The notes under the pieces were generated by a model, which did no database searches, had not been told where the DNA came from, and saw only the letters and a list, made by a program, of their open reading frames with translations. Shown piece by piece: positions 1 through 8,681 of a stretch of DNA of 64,000 bases. Numbering within the stretch: position 1 is the stretch's first letter; each line of letters starts with the position of its first letter. The stretch is from a virus (taxonomy: Duplodnaviria > Heunggongvirae > Uroviricota > Caudoviricetes > Straboviridae), in IMG/VR virus record IMGVR_UViG_2706796059_000001, one strand, 5' to 3'. The position numbers were made by a program, and so were the translations under genes.

Positions 1-1
1 A

Positions 2-268
2 CTTACTACCAACCGAATCCATGATATACGCATGAAGAACTGTATCGATGCCGTTGCTCAATGCGCGATTCACCATAAATGGTAGATATTGCTCATCAAC
101 AACCGCATCTGGTAAACGTTTCTTCATGTAGATACTGTCAACGAAATCAAACGGTGAATATTTCTCTGCTTTCTTCGCTTTCTTCAGCTCTTCTTCGTAT
201 TCTTTTTCTTCTTCAGCGATTCTCGCTTCAGTTTCTTCGCCTTTCGCTAGGAATTCAAAGATGTCCAT
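2..268 (-). CDS. 62: Clamp loader small subunit gp62, N-terminal part (runs off window start)
   Basis: Manually translated; ATG at 268 right after gene 44; MDIFEFLAKGEE...YSPFDFVDSIYMKKR...YLPFMVNRALSNGIDTVLHAY; gp62-like PFxxNRALS motif and 45-44-62 synteny. Confidence 0.85.
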   Translation of the reverse strand, partial: MDIFEFLAKGEETEARIAEEEKEYEEELKKAKKAEKYSPFDFVDSIYMKKRLPDAVVDEQYLPFMVNRALSNGIDTVLHAYIMDSVGSK

Positions 269-277
269 CAAACCCCC

Positions 278-1228
278 TTATACGAAAGTACACTCAAGCA
301 TGATTTGAACAAGCGTGTACGCTAGTAGAATTTCAGTATCGACACAAGTTGTAGCGTTGTTGTTTGCTTCGCCTACAATTTGAATGAATGTCGGGATGCT
401 ATTACCGTCTAAGTCAGTATATGCCGCTTTGTAAAGATTATGTAGAAACGACGCAAGATCTCCAGAGTATTTCGGAATCAGACCGCGAATCGTTTTGAAG
501 TCTTTCGATTTCAAAGCCGCAATCATTTCAGAAATATCATCGTTTGCTGTGATCTCTGAAAGAATACCTTCGTCGATAACACCTTTACGAGAATAATTCT
601 GCAACGCAACAACAGTTTTACGATTGTCTGGGTAATTGCGTTTTACAAGCTCTTTCAACACCGCTGCATTGGTCACAGAAATGCCTTCTTGCTTACAAAT
701 ACTCATCGAACGCAGAATCATTTGCTTGATACACGATAGTCGCTCGTCTTTGTCGTATACAAACTCGAATGTCTGTAGACGTGAACGAATCGGTGTTAAG
801 ATTTTCTGAGAATAGTTACATGTCAGAATAAAGCGAACGTTTTTGCTGTATTGCTCAATCAAACCACGTAGTGCTTTCTGAGCATCTGGTGTTAAGTTGT
901 CTGCCTCATCAAGAATGATTGCTTTTGGCTTACCAGAGAATGATACAGTCGAACAGAATGCAGGTAAATCGTTCTGTACAAGCTTGATGCCGCGACTAGA
1001 TGATGCGTTAATGAAAAGCACTTCATAACCCATATCTGCAAGCACAGCACGCGCAACAGTCGTTTTACCAGTACCAGGTGAAGAACTTGCTAACAGCATG
1101 TTTGGGATTTCACCCGAATCAATCATCGCTTGAAAGTGTTCACGCACGCGCTCGGGTAATACACAGTCGTTGATTGTTTGTGGACGGTAGCGTTGTTCCC
1201 ATAGAAGTTCTTTCGGATCAAAATTCAT
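278..1228 (-). CDS. 44: Clamp loader large subunit gp44 (AAA+ ATPase)
   Basis: LWEQRYRPQTI, Walker A SPGTGKT, Walker B IILDEAD, SRL sensor; RFC-like. Confidence 0.97.
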   Translation of the reverse strand: MNFDPKELLWEQRYRPQTINDCVLPERVREHFQAMIDSGEIPNMLLASSSPGTGKTTVARAVLADMGYEVLFINASSSRGIKLVQNDLPAFCSTVSFSGKPKAIILDEADNLTPDAQKALRGLIEQYSKNVRFILTCNYSQKILTPIRSRLQTFEFVYDKDERLSCIKQMILRSMSICKQEGISVTNAAVLKELVKRNYPDNRKTVVALQNYSRKGVIDEGILSEITANDDISEMIAALKSKDFKTIRGLIPKYSGDLASFLHNLYKAAYTDLDGNSIPTFIQIVGEANNNATTCVDTEILLAYTLVQIMLECTFV

Positions 1229-1255
1229 TTAGTCGTTTCCCATAATAAAATTTTC

Positions 1256-1278
1256 AAAAAAGGGGCTTTGCAGCCCCG
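1256..1278 (-). terminator. Rho-independent terminator between genes 45 and 44
   Basis: Minus strand cggggc-tgcaaa-gcccc followed by T-run. Confidence 0.6.
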
Positions 1279-1294
1279 ATAACTTACAAATAAC

Positions 1295-1960
1295 TTAAAG
1301 TGCTTCGGTTGCAATGAAGTACTCAAGTGATAGACCCAAGAAGCGAGAAATACCCGCTGGGTGAATCGAAACTTTGTAGTCTTGGTCAACGATGTTCAAA
1401 CGCTCTGCTTTGAAGAAGAACTTGAATTCAACGTCTGATTCAACTTCACCAACGTTGATTTCAAACGTGTGTTTGCTTGAACCTTGTGCATCAGTAGCTG
1501 ATAGCGTGATTGCAGTGCTACCCGCTTCAGTTCGAACACAAATGTCAGAAAGACCTAGTGTCGCAGACGCTTTTTTAACGCGCTGTAGATCTTCACCTTT
1601 GAGATCAAACTCAGCACCGCCGTCTAGTTCAGTAGGGAAGTTTACCTTTTCGGGTGCTTCAGTTACAAACTCAGCGTTTGCATATTGGAACGTAAGCTTC
1701 GTACCACCATCACCAGTAACGACAACGTATTTTTCTTGGAAATCAAGTTCAGCATTGTCAAGCAAGTTCAACGCGCTTAGAAACTCACCCAGATCGTACA
1801 CTGCAAACTCTACAGGGAACGAATCTTCGATGTCAGCGTAAGCGATTTGCTTGTTCAAGTTGTCTTGAGTACGTAGTCGAGAACCTTGATGGATAACCAT
1901 GCCGTTGTTGATGCCTGCAAAGTTTTTCAGTACTTCGATTGTAGATTTAGATAGTTTCAT
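1295..1960 (-). CDS. 45: Sliding clamp gp45
   Basis: MKLSKSTIEVLKNFAGINNG..., EFAVYDLGEFLSAL, YFIATEA C-terminus; synteny. Confidence 0.96.
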   Translation of the reverse strand: MKLSKSTIEVLKNFAGINNGMVIHQGSRLRTQDNLNKQIAYADIEDSFPVEFAVYDLGEFLSALNLLDNAELDFQEKYVVVTGDGGTKLTFQYANAEFVTEAPEKVNFPTELDGGAEFDLKGEDLQRVKKASATLGLSDICVRTEAGSTAITLSATDAQGSSKHTFEINVGEVESDVEFKFFFKAERLNIVDQDYKVSIHPAGISRFLGLSLEYFIATEAL

Positions 1961-1994
1961 TCTTTTACCTTCAAGATTATGATATTTTATTCAA

Positions 1995-2204
1995 TTAAAG
2001 TTTAAAGCCACGTTCAGTATATTCAAAGTTATACTCGTAAGCAGTAAAGTAGTCGTCTAGACCAGATGTGATTTTCAACCAACGCTCTTTACCGAACGCT
2101 TCTAGTAGTTGAGCCTCAGGGATGATTTTTTCTTCGCCAGTGAATGCATCAATGATAACCCAATGTTTTATCTCTGGCATAGATTGATAATTGTCTAAGT
2201 TCAT
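1995..2204 (-). CDS. 45.2: Small conserved protein, gp45.2-like (start revised to MNLDN, GAGGA SD)
   Basis: LEAFGKERWLKITSG pattern resembles T4-like 45.2 proteins; position between 46 and 45. Confidence 0.5.
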   Translation of the reverse strand: MNLDNYQSMPEIKHWVIIDAFTGEEKIIPEAQLLEAFGKERWLKITSGLDDYFTAYEYNFEYTERGFKL

Positions 2205-2260
2205 TTGCATTTCCTCAATAGCTGCGCTTATATTAGCACGGCTATTTACCGGTCTAAACA

Positions 2261-2725
2261 CTATTGAATGAAGAAAAACGCAGTTTTCTTGTTAAACTCA
2301 CGATGCAAAATATGCATCAATTCATCTACTTTCGTAGATACACCGCGAATGCGTTGTTCAGCAAACGAATATGTGTCAAACAAGATGATGTCTGGCATAT
2401 TTGCATTGCCACGACCTACGAATGCGTTGTGATAAACCCCATCACGAACGATCTTGTCATAAGTCGTTGCCATGTCATGATTACAACCACGGCGATTCAT
2501 CGAACGATTTAATTCGTTGTAATAGACTTCAAGCACATTGAAACCTTCGCGTCGTAGACGCTCTGCGGCTTTTACCATCGAAGTTGTATGACCAGTCGCA
2601 CGACCGAGCATAAAGCGCCCGATCTTCGTTTCTGGACATTCTGTGTGTGTGTCGTTAAGTAAAAGATACTTACACATCGTGTAAATATCTTCACTGTAAT
2701 CGACCGTCATCGGTACGAGTTTCAT
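2261..2725 (-). CDS. Hypothetical protein with degenerate P-loop-like motif
   Basis: GRATGHTT followed by ILFD; translationally coupled to gene 46. Confidence 0.55.
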   Translation of the reverse strand: MKLVPMTVDYSEDIYTMCKYLLLNDTHTECPETKIGRFMLGRATGHTTSMVKAAERLRREGFNVLEVYYNELNRSMNRRGCNHDMATTYDKIVRDGVYHNAFVGRGNANMPDIILFDTYSFAEQRIRGVSTKVDELMHILHREFNKKTAFFFIQ

Positions 2726-4959
2726 TTGACCTCTCTTGTGAAATTACCTTTCTTGGCAAATTTAATATGCTTATCAAACATGCTTTGTTCATGCTTCTCA
2801 CTGTGTGAGATGATAAACACGTTATCTTGAATACTGCTCAAGATTTGATTGATAGAATCAACACCATCAGTATCAGCAGCCGAATCAAATACTTCATCGA
2901 GTACTAATAGGTTGGTCATCGAACCTGTACGAGCACTTACTAAGTCACGGAACGCGAATAGCAATGCCAAGTCAATACGACAACGTTCACCTTGAGAGAA
3001 TGACGTGTAACTAAAGTCGTCACGACCACGAGATTTAATCGTCTCGTTGAATTCTTCATCAAGAACAAAGTTGTAGTTTGCATTCATAGTCTTCAAGTAG
3101 TCATTGATATACTTGTTGATCATCGGAATGTACTGGCGAACGATCATCGACTTCACGCCGTCATCTTTCAATAATGTACCAACGATGGTACGACAGTGCT
3201 TAGTCTGCAAATCATTTTGCAAGCCTGCTTTCACTTCACGAACTTCAGCAGTCAGTTTCTTGATCAGCGCCGAGCGGTCTTCCGTTGCAGCTTTCGCTTT
3301 TACGTCTTCAATGTCTGCATTGATAGTCGCAATCTTGGACGTCAAGTTCTGCTCGTTAGTTATTGCTTTCGCTAATTCAGCTTTGTCTTTAGCGATGTTA
3401 TTCGCTAATTCTTCGCGTTCACTCGCACCCTTATCGGTCAATGACGCTTTGATGTCAGCAAACTGCGCAACTGATTCTGCACGAGCTTTAGATTGTTCTT
3501 CACGTAACAACGTCAGTGTATCGTTGAAAATACTGGTTTTCTTCGACATTTCTTCACGCTGCGCTTCGATTACTTCAGCACGCTTCTCTGATTGCTTCTT
3601 AACGAGCACAGAACGCTCTGTACGCTGTTTCTCATCTAAAGCTGAACGTTCACTCGCACGAGTGCTAATATACTCACTACGAGCTTTAGACTGCGCTTGA
3701 GCAGCACGAATCTTTTCAGCAAGTGCTTTGCTTTCTTCAGTAAGAGTTGCGATCTGCGAATCAGCCATATCAATGACACTTTGCGCGAAATCAGACGAAA
3801 TTGTTTGCTTACACGTCGAACATTCACAGTCACCGTTCTTCTCAAAGAATTCTTTATTCTCTTTGAGCTTCGCGATTTCTTTCTTGTTGCTCAACACCGT
3901 CGAAGTATCAGCAGCAATAGCATCAGCATCGGGTGCTTCTGGTGTGTTTTTCTCGGTCTCTTTATCGAAATCAATCAATTCTTGTGAGTGTTCTTTGTCG
4001 AGGTCGAGAACTTCTTGTTCATTCAGCTCGTCGATTACGTTCTGTTCGCTTGTTTGCTTAGCCTTGAGTTCATCAAGTTCTTCTTTCTGTTTAGATTCGA
4101 TCTCGTTGATATTGGCACGATGCTCAGAATCTAACGCAGCAAGTTCAGTTTCGTGCTCTTCTTCTGCCGCTGACAGCTCAAAATCAAGCTTCTGTTTCAG
4201 ATCACGTAGAATCTTACTATCGCCGCTGATTTGATTTTCAAGCTCTGCGATTTCACTACCAAGTGGTACCAATTCAGCTTCTGCTTCAGCTTTACGCTTT
4301 TCAAGTTGTGCAAGGTCACCATCACGATTTTCTTGCTGCTCTTTTTGAAACTCAACGTGCAGTTTAAGCTCGCCCATGCGACGCTCAATTTCAGCTTCAG
4401 TTTCTTTGATCTTGTCGTTTAGATTTTTCAACTCGACTTTGTTCAATGATGCCATATCACTGAAAATACCAATGTCTAGTAAATCTTCTACGATTTCACG
4501 ACGCTTACCCGCAGGTAGCAACATAAACGGCGTATAACCCGCGGTACCAAGAACTGCAATCTGCTTAAACGTGCTCAAACTCATCTTCAAAATGTTCTTT
4601 TCGAGCATGTCTTGATAATCAGCGACCGCAGCTTCTTGAGGGATCAACTCATCATCTTTGTAGATTTCAAACTTGTTTGGTTTGATACCGCGAATAACTT
4701 TGTAAATGTGCTTGTTGTCTTGAAATACAATTTCAACCAACAGCTTTTTCTTATTCACTGCGTTGACAATCTGAGTTTTCTTGATATTACGGAATGGTTT
4801 ACCGTACAATGCAAAACAGACTGCTTCAATGAACGTCGATTTACCTGCACCGTTTGTGCCTGTAATCAAAGTCTTGTTAAATTCGTCTAGTTCAATCGTA
4901 ATCGGCGTATTACCAACCGACATGATATTACTATACGTTACTGTATCAAATTTAATCAT
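2722..4959 (-). CDS. 46: Recombination endonuclease subunit gp46 (Rad50/SbcC-like ATPase), 745 aa
   Basis: Walker A GTNGAGKST, Zn-hook CSTC, signature FSQGE, Walker B LVLDEVFD, H-loop IISH. Confidence 0.97.
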   Translation of the reverse strand: MIKFDTVTYSNIMSVGNTPITIELDEFNKTLITGTNGAGKSTFIEAVCFALYGKPFRNIKKTQIVNAVNKKKLLVEIVFQDNKHIYKVIRGIKPNKFEIYKDDELIPQEAAVADYQDMLEKNILKMSLSTFKQIAVLGTAGYTPFMLLPAGKRREIVEDLLDIGIFSDMASLNKVELKNLNDKIKETEAEIERRMGELKLHVEFQKEQQENRDGDLAQLEKRKAEAEAELVPLGSEIAELENQISGDSKILRDLKQKLDFELSAAEEEHETELAALDSEHRANINEIESKQKEELDELKAKQTSEQNVIDELNEQEVLDLDKEHSQELIDFDKETEKNTPEAPDADAIAADTSTVLSNKKEIAKLKENKEFFEKNGDCECSTCKQTISSDFAQSVIDMADSQIATLTEESKALAEKIRAAQAQSKARSEYISTRASERSALDEKQRTERSVLVKKQSEKRAEVIEAQREEMSKKTSIFNDTLTLLREEQSKARAESVAQFADIKASLTDKGASEREELANNIAKDKAELAKAITNEQNLTSKIATINADIEDVKAKAATEDRSALIKKLTAEVREVKAGLQNDLQTKHCRTIVGTLLKDDGVKSMIVRQYIPMINKYINDYLKTMNANYNFVLDEEFNETIKSRGRDDFSYTSFSQGERCRIDLALLFAFRDLVSARTGSMTNLLVLDEVFDSAADTDGVDSINQILSSIQDNVFIISHSEKHEQSMFDKHIKFAKKGNFTREVK

Positions 4960-5248
4960 TTCTTTTATTCCTATGTCGCATAAACGATTTAACGAACACG
5001 TAAATGAATATTAAAAAGCTCAAAAACAGTGATACCAGCGACGAACAAAAAAAACCGATTAAAAACAGCAGCAATGTAACTACAAACATTGATGTTATTT
5101 GTTTGTGCTGTGCAGTTAGACCACGCATAGAGTCCATTCTATCGGGTTCAATTGAAACCACTGTTCCTATCTCGCTTCGTTGAATTGTCTTAATTTTGCG
5201 TTTGCTTATCGGTAAAGCAGTCCTAAACCACTGATTGAATTTAATCAT
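4952..5248 (-). CDS. Hypothetical membrane protein
   Basis: Two hydrophobic segments then basic tail; coupled overlaps at both ends. Confidence 0.6.
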   Translation of the reverse strand: MIKFNQWFRTALPISKRKIKTIQRSEIGTVVSIEPDRMDSMRGLTAQHKQITSMFVVTLLLFLIGFFCSSLVSLFLSFLIFIYVFVKSFMRHRNKRND

Positions 5249-5471
5249 TTGCTATTTCATCCCATCGGTCGATTGCTTCTTCTTTCGTTGCACCATAGAC
5301 AACTAGGTTATGCTCAACGAACGGCGGCGTGCGCTGATCATCGTCATCATTATCACACTCAACAATCCACGCTGTGAACGAACAACCATTCGCCATTACG
5401 GGTGACTTATGAATAAACGGAAGCTTACCGCAAATTTTACAAGGACTCACTAATTCACGTTCTGACATCAC
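5241..5471 (-). CDS. Small Zn-ribbon protein, Lar (restriction alleviation)-like
   Basis: PCKICG...WIVEC...TKEEAIDRWD pattern typical of the Lar family. Confidence 0.55.
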   Translation of the reverse strand: MMSERELVSPCKICGKLPFIHKSPVMANGCSFTAWIVECDNDDDDQRTPPFVEHNLVVYGATKEEAIDRWDEIAND

Positions 5472-6511
5472 GAATTCTCCAAAGCTTCAGCCCGAAGCGC
5501 CGAGAATATTGCTTTGACTTTCGTCTTGACTTCAGTCGATTCGTCTAACGTATCTGCATACTCTGCAACATAATCGTCGATGTCTTTAATCGATTTGATG
5601 TCATCAGCAACGTCTTTCTTGATGTCAAGTTCATCGAGCGTCTGGCACGCATGTGCAATTTGCGCAATACGGTCTTCAACAACGTCAAATGAAATCTCTC
5701 TCTTATCGCTTGAACGTCGCTCAACGATGATTTTAACGTTTTTATCTTCGTAAGACGGGATTGATTTTGCATCAAACGTTTCTGCATCAAAGTACAGTTT
5801 AGTGTGCCAACAATCAGGATTTTCGATGAACTCAAGTTCATGTGTTTCAGTGTCAAACAAGAAGAACCCGCGCTTATCGTCAGCATCTGCAAGTGTCAAA
5901 GTATAAGGCGTACCTAGATACTTGATATTACCTGCTTCAGATTGCGTATGGAAGTGACCTGACCAAACTTGCTTGTATTTCTTCAAGAACCCAGAATCAA
6001 GACATCCCGTTGCTTTTTGACCGCGGTGAAACTCGAAGCCGTTTAGCTCAAAGTGACCTACACAGTACTCAGATGTACTATTTTTAATGAATTCATCAAT
6101 TTCAACAGCGTTTTCTTTACAAATCCACGGGATAATGTCAATTTTAACACCATCAAACTCAACAGTCGTCGGTTTCTCGTAGATTGTAACATCAGGTACG
6201 ATGCTTAGTACTTCATACGGAGTATTCGGTACAATGCATTCGCGCAAGTGCATGTCATGGTTTCCCACAAGAACGTGAGTGTCATATCCCTTTAACATGC
6301 CGTTTAGATATGTTCGCTGAAACATCAATGTTTCTTGAGTTGCGCCACGACGAACATCAAACCAGTCACCTAGTTGAATAATCTGTTTGACGCCGCGCTT
6401 TTCAAGTTCAGCAAACATGAAGTCGAAGAATTTTCGTTGGTAGTTTTGCACCCACAAATCGTCATCTTTAATGCCGATGTGCAAGTCACCCAACAATGCT
6501 ATTTTGCTCAT
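5468..6511 (-). CDS. 47: Recombination endonuclease subunit gp47 (Mre11/SbcD-like)
   Basis: GDLHIG, LGDWFD, VGNHD, GHFH phosphoesterase motifs; upstream of 46. Confidence 0.97.
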   Translation of the reverse strand: MSKIALLGDLHIGIKDDDLWVQNYQRKFFDFMFAELEKRGVKQIIQLGDWFDVRRGATQETLMFQRTYLNGMLKGYDTHVLVGNHDMHLRECIVPNTPYEVLSIVPDVTIYEKPTTVEFDGVKIDIIPWICKENAVEIDEFIKNSTSEYCVGHFELNGFEFHRGQKATGCLDSGFLKKYKQVWSGHFHTQSEAGNIKYLGTPYTLTLADADDKRGFFLFDTETHELEFIENPDCWHTKLYFDAETFDAKSIPSYEDKNVKIIVERRSSDKREISFDVVEDRIAQIAHACQTLDELDIKKDVADDIKSIKDIDDYVAEYADTLDESTEVKTKVKAIFSALRAEALENS

Positions 6512-7020
6512 TTTTTCTCACTCGTAAGGTAAGTCACAACCGAAACCCAATCAGGGAATTCGTCTGTGCCAAAGTGAATGTGTTCGCCCATAAACTCACC
6601 TGCACCATTTTTAGTGCGATCATCGATGAGATAATGACCGAAGTTCAATTGCTTATTATGCGACAAGATCAGTCGTTTGTAAGCGGCTTTACCTAAGTAA
6701 CGCTCAACCCACAATCGTTTATCTTGCCACGCACCGGGATTATCCCACGGCGCAGTAGACAGTATATAGCAATCGAAGTGCTTGTTCAACATTTCAAATG
6801 CTGCAACCGCACCTGATAACGGCTTCATATGAGAGAATATACCCGGGCATTCGTCATAACGCCCCTCGTATTGATTCTTTTCCCACAACGAAAGCGAATT
6901 AATACCGCTTTGAAAATCGACAAGAACATTGTCCATGTCAATGTATACAATCGGCTTGTCCACTTTCTTCGCACGACGAATCGCACGAATCATCAATTTA
7001 ACTACGTTCATTAGATTCAT
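6508..7020 (-). CDS. 5'(3')-deoxyribonucleotidase, HAD family
   Basis: YIDMDNVLVDF, ILSTAPW, YLIDDR motifs. Confidence 0.88.
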   Translation of the reverse strand: MNLMNVVKLMIRAIRRAKKVDKPIVYIDMDNVLVDFQSGINSLSLWEKNQYEGRYDECPGIFSHMKPLSGAVAAFEMLNKHFDCYILSTAPWDNPGAWQDKRLWVERYLGKAAYKRLILSHNKQLNFGHYLIDDRTKNGAGEFMGEHIHFGTDEFPDWVSVVTYLTSEKK

Positions 7021-7462
7021 TCTGCAAATGGTCCCGTATCTCTGTCAATCGGCTACAGAATTCTTGTACAGTTAAAACCGTCTCTGCCTGCTTCTTACGC
7101 CCGATTGAATGAGTAAGGGTAGCTTTACCAGTAGCAAGCAGTGCCTTTTGAAATTTGACGTTCTGAGCCAACGCAGCGTACGCATCATCGAGTAACGATT
7201 GATAACCAACCGAACCTCTCTGAATCGGCTCACCTTGCCAATAAAGTGTCTGAGTGCGCTGCCAGTTCTTCTTTGCACCGCGTGCTTTAGCAACTTTACC
7301 TACAAGCTTGCAGACTTCACGTTGCATATCAGGGTTTTTAAACTTCAGTGACTGAAGAAACCCTTCCATTGAAGCACATTCAACGCCACGCACAGTGAAT
7401 GCGTGTGGCGCAAAGTTCGACAGCGCACTGGCTGGGTAACCAGCGCCTGATTTGATGTCCAT
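6998..7462 (-). CDS. 30.3: NADAR-family protein, T4 gp30.3 homologue
   Basis: ALSNFA, EGFLQSLK, TLYWQG, ALLAT, TVLTVQEF motifs match my recollection of T4 gp30.3. Confidence 0.8.
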   Translation of the reverse strand: MDIKSGAGYPASALSNFAPHAFTVRGVECASMEGFLQSLKFKNPDMQREVCKLVGKVAKARGAKKNWQRTQTLYWQGEPIQRGSVGYQSLLDDAYAALAQNVKFQKALLATGKATLTHSIGRKKQAETVLTVQEFCSRLTEIRDHLQNESNERS

Positions 7463-7812
7463 TACTGACCCGCTTTCGCTTCTGCGAAAGAGCGTACGAT
7501 AGTCAATACTTGTTCACGACTTGTTTCCCAAAGCGTCTCAAGCACATCGTCACCGACAGTTTGACCAGTAATAGAACGCAGCTTACGAATTGCGTAGATA
7601 TAACCCGCTTTGTTCTCTTCAATTAAACACTTTTCAGCGTGCTTACGCAGACGTTTAATCTCACGCGAGTTCTTTTTGATGCGTCGTTTAGCTTCTTTCT
7701 CAATCAAAGCACGGCGTTGAGCGTTAATCTGTTCGAGATATTCTTGTACCTCTTGATCATCGACTACATCAACAATTTCGTCGTCTTTAAGTAAATCTGG
7801 CTTTTCTTGCAT
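7462..7812 (-). CDS. a-gt.4: Conserved protein a-gt.4-like
   Basis: KKNSREIKRLRKHAE...YIYAIRKLR motif of T4 a-gt.4. Confidence 0.75.
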   Translation of the reverse strand: MQEKPDLLKDDEIVDVVDDQEVQEYLEQINAQRRALIEKEAKRRIKKNSREIKRLRKHAEKCLIEENKAGYIYAIRKLRSITGQTVGDDVLETLWETSREQVLTIVRSFAEAKAGQ

Positions 7813-8273
7813 TACTGCTCCTTAGTATCGACCTGAATCTTTAAATGGTCGATGATGAATTGAAATTGTGTATGTGTTGAAAATGGAAGAATCTTACCAT
7901 CTTTCTGAGCGTGAAGCTTCAGTTCATGACGATCTTCAGCAATCAATAGTGTATCGCGAGTATGCTCGACTTCTTGAAAGTCAGTGTACATTACATCAAC
8001 GTTTAATTGCTTACCGAGCGTATCAAACCAAGCGCGTTGTTGTTCAGCAATAACCGAAACTTTGCTCAAAACGGCAATGAATGAAATCTTTTGATTTAAG
8101 AGAAAATCAAGGACAGCAGTTGACGGTAGACGCTCATAAAGCTTGACTTCAATTGCTTTATTGAGTACGTTGTCACGCTCTTTTTTCTCAAGCTGGTCGA
8201 TTTGAGGCGCACCTGCAATTGCAAACCCAAGAGTGTCATCAGATAGAATGTTGCTCGTTTCAATATAAATCAT
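7812..8273 (-). CDS. Hypothetical protein
   Basis: ORF track; first gene after GTTTAA promoter. Confidence 0.65.
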   Translation of the reverse strand: MIYIETSNILSDDTLGFAIAGAPQIDQLEKKERDNVLNKAIEVKLYERLPSTAVLDFLLNQKISFIAVLSKVSVIAEQQRAWFDTLGKQLNVDVMYTDFQEVEHTRDTLLIAEDRHELKLHAQKDGKILPFSTHTQFQFIIDHLKIQVDTKEQ

Positions 8274-8296
8274 AATGTTTCCTTCAATGTTTGAGT

Positions 8297-8326
8297 ATTA
8301 TATCTAACAAATACGAGCAGTTAAAC
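8297..8326 (-). promoter_or_regulatory. GTTTA-class promoter for the operon leading to genes 47/46
   Basis: GTTTAA-N18-TATAAT on minus strand. Confidence 0.65.
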
Positions 8327-8587
8327 TATTCGTTTTGCTCGTTTTGCTCGTTCTGTAAGTGCATCTGAGAATTCCGCTTCTAATGTTTCTAATGTATCGT
8401 CTAATGTTACAGTAACAACACACATAGAGTCAAGAAGAATAAATGTCACTTTTTCTTCGTCTGTCTTGATTGTTAAATCTTCGTCAGGCATAATCATGAA
8501 TTCTCGCGACCAGAATGCGAAAGACGTAGCAGGGCAGTCTAGCATATCACGTACAGTAGTAAGACGAATTGATTCAGTAATCATCAT
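8321..8587 (-). CDS. Hypothetical early protein
   Basis: GAGAG leader and sigma70 promoter upstream. Confidence 0.65.
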   Translation of the reverse strand: MMITESIRLTTVRDMLDCPATSFAFWSREFMIMPDEDLTIKTDEEKVTFILLDSMCVVTVTLDDTLETLEAEFSDALTERAKRAKRIV

Positions 8588-8628
8588 AATGTACTCTCTT
8601 TGTTTTCGTATCTCGTTTCGATAGAGCT

Positions 8629-8664
8629 ATAATACGCAAAAAGGGTTGCCGAAGCAACCCTTTT
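8629..8664 (-). promoter_or_regulatory. Terminator hairpin overlapping a sigma70-type promoter
   Basis: aaaagggttgc-cgaa-gcaaccctttt; TTGCTT-N17-TATTAT on minus strand. Confidence 0.65.
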
Positions 8665-8681
8665 ATTCAAATAATTTCAAA

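Noticed and set aside
79-303. Plus-strand 74 aa ORF
   Set aside because: Antisense to the gp62 coding frame found on the minus strand
1392-4422. Long antisense ORFs over genes 45 and 46 (1392..1841, 3104..3700, 3728..4234 and others)
   Set aside because: Shadows of well-supported genes; Ser-rich, no SD or promoter support
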